Positions 39,181-61,161 of a stretch of DNA of 64,000 bases are shown here, piece after piece (the first letter of the stretch is position 1; the number at the start of each line of letters is the position of its first letter). The DNA lies in contig JAQGDQ010000117.1 of assembly GCA_030141605.1 (NCBI GenBank), forward strand, positions 124,001-188,000, written 5' to 3'. A program made the translations under genes and the position numbers. The notes under the pieces were generated by a model. That model was not told the DNA's origin. It ran no database searches and was given only the letters and a program-made list of their open reading frames with translations. The stretch is from Tubiluchus corallicola (Eukaryota; Animalia; Priapulida).

Positions 39181-41966
39181 TCATTGAAATTCAGTCGATT
39201 TTATTTCCTCAACATTCTTTTCGCATTGTAATGTTACAGAAGTAGAAAATTTCAATAACATGTGAGTAGGAACAGCAAAAGACCAATTGGTCACTAACTC
39301 TTCGCGGCTCCGTTTTTAACAACAATTTTTAATGGGCACAAATGAAAAAGCAAATAAAAATATCAAATCGTAAATATCTTATATCTAAAGATCCAAAGGC
39401 AAAACAAAAGGCAAACAAAAAATCAGCTCAAGGTTAAGCAAAACAAAAAACAAGCAAAAAATCCGCTCAAGGGTAAGCAAAACAAAAAGCAAACAAAAAA
39501 TCAGCTCAAGGTTAAGCAAAACAAAAGGCAAGCAAAAAATAAAAATATCAGCTCAAAGTAAGGCAAACAAGAAAACAGCTTAAATCAAAGCTACATGTAA
39601 AGAAAGGGCGAATTTTTTTTTAGGTATTTGTTACTTTAAAGGGGGAGAACGTTGACAGTCCGAGGTTCTTTAATTACCCTTTCTTTGATGACCAAAGCCG
39701 AAAAAGCGTGAATAAATGAGAAACGTATTTATAAGCAGAATATGTACTTACTTGTGTTTTATATGGCTAAAAAACGATATATATTTTACAATGTTTACAA
39801 ACACAAACAACATTAACAGTGTAACAAACAAACAATATTAATTAACTTGAGTATAAGCATTGATTAAACCTAATATATTAGAAAACAATGCACTGCACTG
39901 TGTGCTTTAAGACACAGTGTCTGCACATTGCCAACGATTTAGTTTGGCAGAAGGCTTTTATAACATACAATATTCATAATACCTAAAAATAGGTTCATGT
40001 ACAAGTTTGAGATCACGAATGCTATGCAAGGTCAAAACTGCCTATGAATACGGCTTCAACGTGTTTAAAATCGCGACTGTTTTCCACTTGCAACAGTCCG
40101 CGACAACATATATATATATATATATATATACATAAATGGCGAACAAAATTTAGCATTCTAGCAAAAATAATAAAGCGAGGCAAGCATGTGGCATTCTCAG
40201 GCACTTATTTACAATTTGTTGAGTACTTACACAACCTAGAAGACTTCCTCATATTCTGTTAGTTCAATATTTAGCTACCCTGTTGTTTCTTTAAACTATT
40301 TTCCTCTGCACTAGTTTGTAAATGTCACACTATGAGTACTTTTGATTAAATAGTATAATTTACTTATTTGCAATAAAGATCTACAAAAAGTTATTGAACT
40401 ATCTGCATTATTCAAGAGTTCTGCCCGATTGTGTTGAAGTGTATTAAGACCAATGATGTTTTAAATCGTGATTGAGAATGGAGACTACCTATTGCTGCTG
40501 TAGTTCCATAGGAATAAACATCTCTAACTTTTTGCAAGTAATTTTAATATGGTGTCGGTAAAGTGCCGTTATTATATTTAAACATAAATTTTAGCAATTC
40601 TAAATTGTATACATCTACGAGCTTTAGTATTTTTAAGTGTTTATAAAAAGGCGTTGCTCTATTTCTATGTGAAGAAAAACTAATGCATTAAATTTTCACA
40701 ATTCTATCTTGTGCGGCAGTTAGTGAGTGAAGAGTAGTGATGTTTGCTTTTCTCCATGACAGGATACTATAATGTAGATATCAGTGTACTAGTGCATAGT
40801 AGATTGATAACAGTGCTTTCGTGTTTATAAAATGTCATTTTTTATCAATTATACCAATAATAACTATCTTGTTAATTTTTAGTATTATTATCTGCATATG
40901 TGTTTGCCATTTCGTATTATTGTCTATACAAAGCCCGCATTATTTTATTGATGTAGCCTGTGTGAGTTCGTTGTTAAAGTAAATTTTTAAAGTAAATTGT
41001 ATAATTTCGTGGCTGAATATGATTTGTGGCTGATAATCATGTACTTTGTTTTTGTGTAATTATTTAACAGATAGTTTGTTGGCTTTCATCCAAATTGATA
41101 TTTTTCAAGTAACTCATTCGTTCATAGCTGAAGGTGGTATACGTATGAGTCAGTAAGGAATAAATTTGTGTCATCTGAATTGAAATTTGAGACGAGTGGC
41201 TTATCATTCATGTACATAAGAAACAATAATGGTCCTAGTGTCGAGCCTTGCAATACTCCACAGCTCATCTTAAGAAGCACAACTGTATATGTTGTCTATT
41301 AGTTAGGTAATTTGTTAATAATTTTAACGTGTTTTCCCTAATGCCGCAATGGTTAAGTTTGCGTAACCATTGCGTCATGAGAGACTAAATCGAATGCTTT
41401 GGATAAGTCGAGAAAAATTCTGCGTGTGTAAGTTCGATTATATAAGTTCTTCAGCATATTTTCAATACGTTTGGCTGTAGGTAAGGCTGTTGAATGTTTT
41501 TTTCAGAACCCAAGTTGGCACTTTGTTAGTATACTGCAAGAATTTACAAAACTGATGAGGCGGTTGTAGATAATACTTTCATAAAATTTTGATATGGGTG
41601 ACAGTATGCTGATCGGATAATAGTTTGTTGGGTTTTCAGGTGAGTTTGCTTTGAAAATAGGTGTTACTCTTGCAATTTTGTGAAAGTCAGGAAAAATTCC
41701 TTGCATAATTGACAGGTTAAAAAATTTGGTTAAGACAGGAACAATTTTGTTTGAAGCGAGCTGATAATATCTGATAGATGACCAGTAGATTTTGATTCAT
41801 TAAGCTTATCTATTTCGCTTTTTAATTCGGAAGAGATCACTGGAAAGAAAAGATTGTCTTACTATTGCTATTTGACAGTACGAGTCAAAGCTAACTGGGG
41901 TTGGTGGATTTTTTAGCCACATTTTTTCAAATAGACTGAAAAAACTCGTTAAAGGTGTTTGCAATT
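39181..41966 (-). mobile_element. 5'-truncated degenerate CR1/L2-like LINE inserted inside the + strand LINE
   Basis: Minus-strand RT motifs GIFPDFHKIARVTPIFK..NYYPISILSPISK, IFLDLSKAFD, CGVLQGSTLGPLLFLMYMND, DDTNLF. The 3' UTR ends with AATAAA (39201-39206) and a short TGAAT-like tail at the left junction. Confidence 0.85.
39397..39590. repeat. ~39-bp tandem repeat (4-5 copies) in the 3' UTR of the nested LINE
   Basis: Unit approximately AAAACAAAAGGCAAACAAAAAATCAGCTCAAGGTTAAGC. Confidence 0.8.
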
Positions 41967-43030
41967 TCCATCAATAGTTGATTGGTTTAAGCGGACAAAT
42001 TGTCATGGAACCTAACTAAAACAAAATGCGCTGTATTTCACTTTAAAAATAAAAGGCTTCCAAACGACATTAACCTGTATATTGATGTACAAGAAACGAA
42101 AGAATAAAAAGCCTCAATCGTATTAATTAACGAAAATCAATTCAATAAATTTAAAAATTGCTAAAAATCTGAGAATAATTAATTCTATTAAGAATAAACT
42201 ACACAAATCTCACCTTATAACACTCTGTAACTCATTGGTATTACCATACCTAAATTATTGTTGCATTATATGGGGTACATCTTATGCATCCGATTTAGTT
42301 AGTTTATCTAGCTACCAAAGAAAGTTTGTAAGAATACTAAACAATTCATCTAAAAGTACCACTAATGGTACGTCTTTATTTAATGAAGACTTGAATACGT
42401 ATCACTTATAATCTATATATGTCTATATGTCTGTAGCTGTCTATATGTGCAAAACATGCTACAGTTTGTTCCCCAATTCTTTTACAAATTCAATTACTGC
42501 GATTCCTAAATATCATCTTACAAGGTTCAATAGATATCATGTCTCCTACTGTGTCAGGCACTTTATTAAATTCACAAACCCTAATAACTGGTATGAAACA
42601 CAAGTAAAAATACACAAAACCACCTACAGTTTAAAAAAGTACTTGAAAAGAACCATCCTTGATTCATACTTATAATACAATCTTGATGCTTCCATTCAGT
42701 CGCAATGGTTGGCTTCCCGTTATTTATATGTAATTTAATGGCTCTATGTAATTTAAAACCTACACGGTGGTCGTTTCCTGCCCTCCTTTCCATCTTCCTA
42801 TTCATAATTTTGCTATTTTTTCCATTCCATCATGTCTACTAACCCGCCTAACCATTCTTTCATTCACTCGTTCATAACGCCTTTCGTTAAAACAAGCCAT
42901 GCTTTCAAGCTGTCACACAGCAATTCATTTATTTGGTTAGTTCGATTTCATCAATGACTCTTTACCCATACCTTCTCGTCTGAAGTGAAATGAATTGATT
43001 ATTATTATTATGACGATGATTATTATTAAT
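41967..43030 (+). mobile_element. 3' part of the interrupted + strand LINE (RT C-terminus, 3' UTR, (ATT)n tail)
   Basis: Resumes with PSIVDWFK-DKLSWNLTKTKCAVF, the motif expected right after FADxTT, then SLVLPYLNYCCIIWG. Ends in TGAATTGATTATTATTATTA. Confidence 0.8.
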
Positions 43031-45093
43031 ATTTTTATTAATCAATAAAGTTATTAGGAATGAGTTTTGCTAGCAGTTTCAAGTCCTCGATCTATGTTCC
43101 ATAGCATAATTATTAGAAACTTAGAGATTTATTGGCATACAAAAAACATAACAACATTTAGTGAGATTTACAGGTGGCCATAACAAAAAAATACAAATTA
43201 ATACATTAAAATAAACGACTACAACATATCACAAAATTTAAAATAGGTTCTAATGACATAGTAAATTTAATTCAAGTTCCATTTATTATTATGTTTTGCA
43301 AGTTTTGACGGTTACTTTCAGTAACTTTCTTATTAAAAGCAAAACACAACTGTGTTTGCCTTTATTAGGCCGCCTGCTTTTTAACTTGCGACCATTTGTA
43401 GGCTATATCGCAAATGCAGGCTATATCGCATGTATGTAGGCTATATTGTAAACCTCTACAGGTGATTATTGTGTACTTAATATATGTGTAATAGTTTTGA
43501 CAGGCAGACAGACAGATGTAACTGAATGCCTTACTGATTCTCCATCTATACAATGTTTGCTTCACTGACCAGTTGGTATTGCCCTTTTAGGTAGAGAGGA
43601 CTCAATAGACTCGTCGATAACTGAGTAATTATTCCTTAAAACAAAAGCCTAAGCAAAGCCTGAATTATACAGTTTCAAATACATATAACTACTTGATGTT
43701 TCACAGCGTTGTCACAAAATCAAGTGACCCAGCCTTTTATGTTTTTGTTATTTTCCCAATGCAAGTTCAAGCCCAGAGCAAACTTAATATTATAGCATAA
43801 GGAAGAACTTCTTACATTTAAATAACAGAATTAGTGTTACTATAAACGCCCCCAAAAAGCTGAGTGTCCCCACTAGATGCATTCGCTGAGCTTCTCTGAG
43901 TTTACCATTTCTGACGAACTAAGCTTCTTGCTAATGGAGGCACTTCACTCACAGGTAAGGAATAATTGTGAATCTAAAGGCAAGAATTTTTGCCAGGAAA
44001 TGCATTTCATCCAAACTAAGAATGTACACTATGTGTTGCAAAAGTTCTTATAACTACGACAGTTGAGATACAGTAGTGAAAAAATATTAGATGATAATTA
44101 AGGATGGGGGAGGGATGAACTGAAGGAGCTGGGGACTGCGGATTGCAAAGGGAAGAATGTGACCCTTTTGGTCTTTGTTTAAGTTACGTACTATCTTGTC
44201 TACTATTTGACAGACCCAAGGCCAATTGTGCAATAAATTTCCAAGGCTTGCTTCACTGTGCTCATATATAATCTTCTGCATGATGTTAGTACATTCCAAT
44301 AGAGGTATCGTTGCACTGGCTTCATTTATTAGAGCGAGAATCATTTACTCGGCTTCCTTTTACATGAGTTTCCGTATCGGAAGGCGTGTGACTGAGTGCA
44401 CGTGAAGCTAGGCACATTGATACTCAATAATAATAATGGATAGAGAGCATTAAGGTGCACACTGCTCGAAGGCGCAACAACGTGTTGCTTATGCAGTCAG
44501 TGCAACTACGGTAACTAACGTAAGTAGCATTTTCATGGCTTCTTGTATTCAGGACATAAAAATGTGATTAGTAAAAAATTGCAAGGTGTCGTTAAGTAAA
44601 GTAAAGCTTTCGTGCGAAACGTTGAAAAAATGGTTTGTTTGCCTTTTCGTTTAGTAGTTTTGCTTATCCAAAGTTTTTAAATGTTGACAGTTAAATCGTT
44701 TTTTCATTTCCGTTTTTAACGAATATGAATTTAGAGATTGTCTGAGTAAACCTCCTCAATTAGACAGGATTTCGTTTCGACCGACAATTTTAGTATATTA
44801 AGAACTGAGATAGGATTAAATAAAGCTATTTCCGCTTATTAATCATTGTTTTCAGGACATGCGTAAGTGGATGAAGAAATGGGTGGATAATCATAATAAC
44901 AGCAATATTAGAATATCACTTTTATCAAAAGCCGAATGAAAATGCAACAAAATAAACCTGCATAACGTAAAATACGACCCATAATTATTTGAGTTTTCTA
45001 ACTGTGATTTCGACAATTTAATACCAATTTTTATATTCGTAGATATTTTAAGAAAACAGAAAAGACTGGGATCCATTGCTAAGACATATAGGG

Positions 45094-52252
<7,159 letters not shown>

Positions 52253-52391
52253 CAAAATTCTGTAAGTAAGAAATTTGGACAACTTATCGAAACAGACAGT
52301 TATATCACCCGCACGTTACAATTCTCTGGATAAATGTGAACGCAGTGTAAAATGATAAGTGAGAAATTTTACGTGAAAAAGATTAAATACC

Positions 52392-52781
<390 letters not shown>

Positions 52782-55700
52782 CATGCAGACTTATTTTACT
52801 TTGATGATATCAGGGCAAAGTGCGAAACCTTGTATGCTATAGAATGCCTAGGCATTTTATGGAACACAAGCCAGGTAAAGTGTGCAACAGTTTTGTGTAA
52901 TTCTTGTGTACTTTTCCTGGACATTTTATAGAACGTTGAAAAATTTTTAGGTAAAGTGAAAGTAAAATGATTGGTCAATTGATTAGATAAAATTTCCCTA
53001 GGCATTTTATATAATGTCAATTTTGTTCCAGAAAATATGAGAAATAAGTCATGTTTTATGTACTTGCGAATTTCTGTGTTAAAATATGTAACTAGCATAT
53101 CAATTCACAGCTGCTGATTGTTGTACATAGTTGTGTTTGTTTTTGGATTCGGTAGAAAATGCGTGATCCTTAAAGCTGGTCATATTCTTGTAGATGTTGC
53201 CAGATTTATCTTTGAAAGCTATCCAGGGCACAGTTTTCATTGCCGAAATTTTCTATGATGGTTCTATGGATTATTGCACAGACCCTAATTGAGCTAGATT
53301 TTTCAATTTCCCATTACGGCTTTCAAATATGCCTGTTTAAATGGATCTGGTGCTAACAGAGTTGTATTGTAAACATTTAGATTCTGGATTCTCATGCAGT
53401 TGATGCTACTAGTTTGTCCATTTTAGCAATCAATTTGTAAATGTTAATTTACTGCCTTATTATAACTTTCTCCGAAACATGTAAGGATATCATAGGCCTC
53501 TCTGGCTCTCTCCATGCCATATTATTGTATAAAATATGTTGTATAGAGTAGATTATTCATATTTAGTTACATACGTATTAGGAAAAAACTTTATGGGTTG
53601 TTGTTTTATAGATTTTATTTTTTTGCGTCATTTTATGTTTATATGATCAGCGTAAGTGCGCATGCGCCTGCTGATTTCTTTCTTTTATACTATAAATGTC
53701 AATAAATAAAAATAAAAATAATCTGCCCTATACATTGTTATCTTTCTCTCATTTTAATGTATGAGTGGATATGTTCCATGATGCATATAAAAAAAAACGA
53801 ATCTATGACAGTAGATAACACTTTCTATGATTTTCTTATGGAAACCATTAACTAAAAAAAGACGTTCCAGATCCAAAGACATTTCCACTCTAGTTGTGCT
53901 TCATACAGGAAGCAGAAACAACTAGCTGCTCCGTGCTTAAAATAAGAGAACGATTTTGCACTAAATTAGAAACGGTTGACATATAAAGCTGTGAACGTTG
54001 CTCTTCTAACTGACGAAAAATACCAACGATTGAATAATCATGTAAATGGACTTAACATCAGTGCGAAAAAGCAGCCTTCTCATTATTGCTTAGGGTGCAC
54101 GATGTTAGGATTACCCGTCCCAAAAATATAAAAATGCCGCAGAAAAACGTCCTTTTTCACACTTTTCACGAAAAGTATATAGGTGTTATATGAAATTTTA
54201 TATACAATGTCTAAATTTTACACATTGCCTGTAACGTATCCATTATAATACATCAACCAACCATATTAATGGACAGTTGTACATTAACGAAAATATTTTC
54301 AGCATTTCATCAAATACCTAGGAAAAGTACAATTAAAACTAATAATTACACTACGGTATGTGTGTGTGTGTGTTTGCGCGCGCGCGCGTGGGTGTGTGCG
54401 TGTGCATATATGAATGCATATGGATATAAACAAAAAGTTACTGTTTTGATGTAAATTTATTAGTCATTTTATATAACGCCAATTATATTTTGAGACATGT
54501 ATGAAATAAGTGATCTTTTCACGTTGGGAAATGGTAAATACACTATTTCATTTGTTCGTTGGCCTTTTCTTCTGTCCGAAAATATAAGTTAGGCTTCATG
54601 TATTCAAGTGACTGTGTCGAAATATCTGCACGCCCGTTTGCTTCTGCTGTGGAAGTGACGTGGATCGGGAAACATTCGAGAGTTGGTGGGGACGCAGTTA
54701 AGTTTCTGCTCTTTTGCCATTTTTTTTCCTTTTTTCTTTTGAAAAGTCGGGTTCGGTTGTGGATGATCCAATGTCAATTGAGTCTGGTGTTGGTCTGGTT
54801 TTCAAGTGTTTTGACTATAATTCTCGTTTAAGAGTGGATTTGCTTTTGCAGCGACGAAGAATGCATCCTCATGGTCTTTTGTCAGTTGTGAATTCACTGA
54901 GGAGAATTTTATGAGAATCCTATTCTCCTGCATTCTGATAACATGTTCTGTCCAACAAAGATTTATAAAATGTCTAAATTTGGTATATTACCTGTCACAG
55001 TGAACGTGGGATCACTTATTACTTTTCGTTTAATTTATTAAATCGTGATAATATTTTCTGCGGTTTTGATTTCGCAAAAACAGTGGGTACAACAATTCTT
55101 GCTCATATAGAAATTTGATAAAGTAACATCAAACTTTGTTTACTCGTACCACACGTTCAGTGTACAAACATTTATTATTTTTCGAGAGAAACTAAAAATA
55201 TTAATAATAATCTAATATATTTATTTTATTATGTGTAATGTATGATATAATATTTATACGATTATCTGTAATAATGTAACTATAACTAGCAGTTGATTAA
55301 TTGTGTTATTATTTTTCTAGCCTGTCTTTATAACGTTTCGAGTTTAGACGTACGGTGCAATGCGATTTGCTCAATGGTCACAGCGTGAGCTTTCTTATAA
55401 TGGGCTGCAAAAGTTAGGGCACCCAGTGACTTGTTCAAGAAAAATACTTTTTGGCTGTTCCATTCGCTGTACATGCAGTTATAGTTTGCCACGGTTATTT
55501 TTTCATTTGAGGGAGAATCCGTAATACATCTTAACGTGTTATTATCTCTTTTCAGTTTCAGACCACTCTTCCTTAAACTAGCATTAACAGTGGGTGCTGC
55601 CACTAATAATTTTGTTGTTGCACCATGATAACTAATTAGGCATGTGGATGAGTTAGCTGTCAACAGGATAAGCTGTTTGAATGAGTTACTTCAATTATGA

Positions 55701-57718
55701 TTTGATAAAAATAAGGCCGTGTAGGGCTTTCATGATTATGTTTATCCTTGAAACAATATATTTGTCCTTATTAAAATCTTGAAAGTTATTCATTGCTCGC
55801 AAGTATATAGCCAGCTAAAGGAAGCCATTTATGTCATTAGCTAGCGCATGAACCTTGCTAATTACAGAAGGGGTTGAACTCACACATCGAATACATCATC
55901 CTGTCTATTCTTTGTGTATAGATAACATGTGCATTTGAATTTAGTATTTATTAGGTAACAGAACATATACAAATATTAGTACAATTTGTTTACAATCATT
56001 TACACACGCGTGCGGCGCGCTTACAAAAGTGCGTATAAAACATTTATAAAAATATTTGCAAATTTTCAGAATGGCTTTCTATAACAGCATCTTTTAATTA
56101 TTTTTTAATTCTCTAAAGTAACGGTAATAATTGTAAAAAGCATTAGCTCCATTTTAGGTAAAGAATAACTTATAAGGTGAGAGAAGTACGTCAAAATTAT
56201 TTGTTCTTCTCTGTAACCGCCAAGCTGATGCCCAGAAAACTACACAGCAAACATAGCTTAATAGAAAAATCAAAATATCAGACATAAGCAGTGTCTTTAA
56301 GACTGCCCAAACGTGAAACTACAGGACATCATCTGTTTCAGAATGCACTACATGTATTCGCAGTGTGTTTCTGCCAATTCAGTTCGAGTTAATTCGCACA
56401 ACAATGATTCAAAGCCTTCAACTGGCTTGAAATACAGCACACAATAGTAAGTTTCACAACTACTGCTGCCACCTGTCAGACACGAAAATTTCTTTCTAGG
56501 AGCAGAACTTCTAAGTTACCATTTTACAAATCAAAAATGTGTTGCAAGATGACTGCTGAAATTAAACCAATTGGCAAACAGGCATGACCATTATGTACCG
56601 ACCTTACACCTAGTTTTATTACTTAGCACTAATGCACCAATTCCCGACAATAGTGTATGATCAAATGGATTGAAATTCACAGTAAATTTTCATCAAAATT
56701 CAGTAAGCCAAAAATCTTGAATCGATAATGTTTTTTAATAAAATGCCCTAGATATATTTGCACTAATTAACTCAATTTATGTCGACCTTGACGTAATCGC
56801 AGAAAATTGTGGACAAAGATGACATTCAGCAATCACTGACTAATTCTCATTAGCTCATTAACTCATAATCTTACTCAAACTGATTTAAACTTCGGACCTA
56901 TCTTCATGACGACATTCTGGTGATGTCATGAGGCGGTAACCTGTGGGCTTGTTTTCTTCCTACTCTAAAATTCCTAAAATTTTCAGAAAGAAATTACCAG
57001 ACATGTGCATAAGCAATTATTCACACTTAGCATGAAATTCACTGTTATTGTTATCCAGCAGAAATACTGAAAAATAGTAACCCATACAGTTGACTTGGTA
57101 TCAGCGTTTTCTGTAAACACAGCGAGTTATTATGTGCTATTGTACAACATTCAGTGCCAATGTAAAGTACACAACATTAATTCAAGAAATGTTAGAAAAT
57201 GATGCTGTATTTACAGGAAGCAATTAAATAAAAACAATAATCAAATTATTAAAATAATATTTTTAAGATGCTAATCTAGTTTAGATTTGGCAACGACCAT
57301 GGAAACAATAACCATGTAATTCATAGGCTTCAATGGATGACCATTATAAAACTTAGCTTAAATGAATAATTGCTGTAAAACAAACATCAGAATCATCTTT
57401 CTTTTGGAATCCAGTAAAAAAATCATTGAGGATTATTTCGCGAAATTTTTGCCGACATATGCTGCGACCAAATTACTGTAAACATCAGTAAACATCAACA
57501 TGGAGCAGGAGTTGCCACAGAAGCTAGATTTTGGCTTATAGAGATATTAAATAACTTATTTTTACAAAGTTTGCTTCTAACAGTCCGTTTCACAGAGCAT
57601 TGTGTCTTTCGCGTTAAATCCTTTACTGGCTTCAAATGTGCACTTGGCAAATTTCACAAATTGCTGCTCCTACTTAGCAGACATGCAAATTTCTCCCTGT
57701 AAATTATATAATGAAATA

Positions 57719-57811
57719 ACGAAAATTTTTGCAAGGCCTTTGCTAGTATATATATATAATGAGCTAATCATTATACATGCACTAGCAAAGGCCCCGCAAA
57801 AAATTTTGCGT
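57719..57811. repeat. ~93-bp imperfect palindrome (hairpin)
   Basis: Left arm ACGAAAATTTTTGCAAGGCCTTTGCTAGTATATATATATAATGA, loop GCTAA, right arm TCATTATACATGCACTAGCAAAGGCCCCGCAAAAAATTTTGCGT. Confidence 0.8.
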
Positions 57812-60330
57812 ATAAATACACTTATAAAGAATAATATGCGAACATCCTAGATACTCCTCATTACAACACAAAGACAGTAGCAGCTTTTATTGAATTAAGG
57901 TTATATAAGGTTATAAGTATAATGGTCAGAACAATGGCTTTGCGTCAGATAAAAAGTGGAACTCCTCCTATTCATAGGAAAAAAATTCAATCGTCGCTTA
58001 GTGAGCTAATGTAGATGACAACAGCGGTTTGTGAAGCTATTTTGGAGGAAAATTTCAAGCCAGTTAAAGGTTCGATGTGAACTGGGCTGGCAGGCAAGCC
58101 ACTGTAAGAAAGTATATAAACATGACACAGGTAAGATTAACAGATAAAAAACTAACTAGGTGCTTAAAAATATTAATAAAAAATTGTTTTCGGATAAAGG
58201 TTTAATGATAAAGTATTTAGGAGGTTTTTAAAATGAAAACATCGTTTTGTAACAGATGTTATTCGCCTAATTGCCGTCGCGGGGGAATAATGCAATTGTT
58301 CGAGCCGCAACATTGCATCAAAGCTTCATGCAGATGTGTCAGTCTTACAAAAATACTTTGACATAATTATTATGTACTACCGATTTCTTTCTTCTTTTGA
58401 CAACACATTGGGTCTAACAGACTGACGCTTTTTGTCTAATCCATCCAAGCGCCAAGTTACAAAATGTTGTACAATATTTGAATGTATGGTCCTTTGTCTA
58501 CTGGTCCTATGTCTGTGGTCTTTTGGTGGTCCTTTGACCTAAACCAATTGCACTCTAAGGCTGTAGTAAGAGACTGCTTGCCATTATAATTTTTATTCCG
58601 TACTGCATATAACTGAATCTTAATTGGTCTTGTAACGAAATTGAAGCTTTGTGAAAATTATTCTCTCTCACACTCACAGACATGCACGCACACGAGTACG
58701 CGCGCATATGCACACACACACGCGTCGCGCCCACGTACATGCCTGCCTACCAACCTACCTACATACTTACCTATCCACCTGTCTATTTGCATATCAGGCT
58801 GCCTATTAACGTCTACCCACCTACCTACATACCTACCTATCTTTCTCCTTACCTGTAGTTGTAACTGCCTATCAATTATGCTATCATGCTAATACCAGTA
58901 AAGCATTAAAAATATTTGAGCGTTTATAATTCTCCCCGTTTTTTCTGTTACAAATGATAATAATAACCTATAGTAATCGTCCAGACTTTTTTCTTTTTAT
59001 TTCCAAAATTTCTTTTATTTACCAAACTAACTTGCCAAACACCGCGTTATAAACTACATTATACATTACACATTATATTATAACTTCGGAAACATGTATG
59101 TCTAATTCCAATACAAGGAAGGCAAGTTTATGTACTTAAGTGGGTTCTTTCTGTTATTCTCATTACAAAAGCTAACTTGTCAAAAGTATAAAAACACTGA
59201 ACTGTCTTCTCTGGAATAACCACTCTAAGCTCTCGACAGGTTATCTGTAGACGATTTTTAACAAAGAAATTTTTAATGTAATGTATGTAATGTAGAGTTG
59301 GTTCTTCTCAAACATTCTTGGCTAGTCCGTGAAGCCCATTTTTTATAAGGCATGGAGAAAACTATAAAAAAGCTTTAGTTTTGAGCCCAATCTTGTTACA
59401 ATCTTGTTACAAAGGATTATACTCAAAAAATCGTGCCATGCAATATCCCTGGTCAGCTTTTTAGAGGCAGTAACTTATCACATACGAAATTCAAAGGAAG
59501 TCACTACTTTGGCGGTAACTCACTTTATCCTGGTCAACTGATGATATGTTAGTTTCTCTAATTTATGGGAAAAATATTTAAGTCGGCAGGTAGAGCCATT
59601 AGAACTTATAAACTTTAAATGGCCTATGACGATCACTGTAATAAATTATCTTTTTACAAATTTGCCAAGCGAATCATAATTGTATGACTGCTAATAAAAC
59701 TTCAGTGTATTATTGTCGGATACATCCTTGGGTATAAAGTGGGTACAATACATCCGAATACCACAAGCAATAAAATGGGACATTAGAAAATTTTCGTGAA
59801 AACCTAATGAATATGAGACAGCATAAAGCGTGAATAATCTTGAAGAATAAAAGACTAATCGCTGTATCGAGATTAAATATCCAATACCTTTGTTTTAACA
59901 TGCGTACATGATACGCCCGCACAAACTCATCAAGTCAACACAAATCTTCACAAACAATGACAAATTAATGTTCCTTTAATACTTTGTGCTCTTCAAAACT
60001 GAAACAATGGTTCAGACACTATAACAGACGGAATCAGCTTAATGAGTGATCTATACACGACATAATAAAGCCATCGTTAGAGAAAAACAGCTAGATTGCA
60101 ATGTGATGCGTAAAATTAAATTAGGTTAATTAGTTTAGTGCTACTCGTGGTGTTGAACGTGTAATACTACGGCAGAGTGCATATGGTGAAATGGGTATAA
60201 TGTCGGAGATGATCTTCAGGCCTTTACTAAAATAACTGTTTTTTCTTTTCTATTGTATTACTAATGCCTGAAGCTCATTGTCCGGGCATTAGTTCATTAT
60301 GAACTGCTTGGTATGCAATTTACTTACTAA

Positions 60331-60640
60331 CGGCGCGTTCAGACTAGCAAGTTTTCTCTCGCAAGTATCGTCTCTGAGAGCAAACTCGCAAGTGTGAACT
60401 GCTTTACGAGTTACTGTCTGCAAGAAATTCTGCCTCGGCGAGTTACTGTCTACACTTCTCGCACTTACTGCTGGAGAGTAACTCGCAGCAAGTTTACTCT
60501 CTAGTCTGAACAAATGTGTATCGGCTCGCACTTACTGTTGGAGAGTAACTTGCAGCAAGTTTTGCCTTCTAGTCTCAACACGCTCACGAGTTACTTGGCG
60601 GGTTTATTTGGCGAGAAAACTCGCTAATCTGAACGCGCCC
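60331..60640. mobile_element. PIF/Harbinger-like MITE (~310 bp)
   Basis: TIRs GGCGCGTTCAGACTAGCAAGTTTTCTC / GAGAAAACTCGCTAATCTGAACGCGCC in a TAA context, with internal repeats CTCGCACTTACTG(C/T)TGGAGAGTAACT. Confidence 0.75.
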
Positions 60641-60796
60641 ATAAGATTTGAAAGACGTTGTGGTTTCTACGGAATCCATTTCGCAATTTACGTAAAGGAG
60701 ATCTTATCCCGACGGCAGACCCGTATAAAACACCAGCAAGTGTTGTGTTCACTGTGGCAGACTGTCTCAGTGCCTATTGTTAATGCACGCAGCCAC

Positions 60797-60862
<66 letters not shown>

Positions 60863-60869
60863 GATTATT

Positions 60870-60917
<48 letters not shown>

Positions 60918-60919
60918 TT
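60797..60919. repeat. (ATT)n + (ATTT)n microsatellite
   Basis: Seen directly in the sequence. Confidence 0.95.
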
Positions 60920-61161
60920 GTTAAAAACTATGTTCAATGTACATTCCGTCTATTTACAGGGATATTTCTAAAATTTCAAAAAGCATTTACAAAGTATTAA
61001 ACATATTCTCATATATATATATATAATTTAGAATGTAATGCGTGAGACACAATGAAAGACAACGATCATATACAATAGACATACAGATTATAATCCAACA
61101 TACATACTATCACCTTCCTAAATTCAAATGCCTATTGTTTCCGTTAATCTTGATCGTATAG

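Noticed and set aside
44380-44410. Hypoxia-response elements (GCGTG, CACGTG) upstream of the globin
   Set aside because: Five- to six-base motifs are expected by chance and cannot be supported without conservation or ChIP data.
58140-58490. Possible 3' fragment of an L2/CR1-like LINE on the minus strand
   Set aside because: Only a vague resemblance; too degraded to support without a database search.
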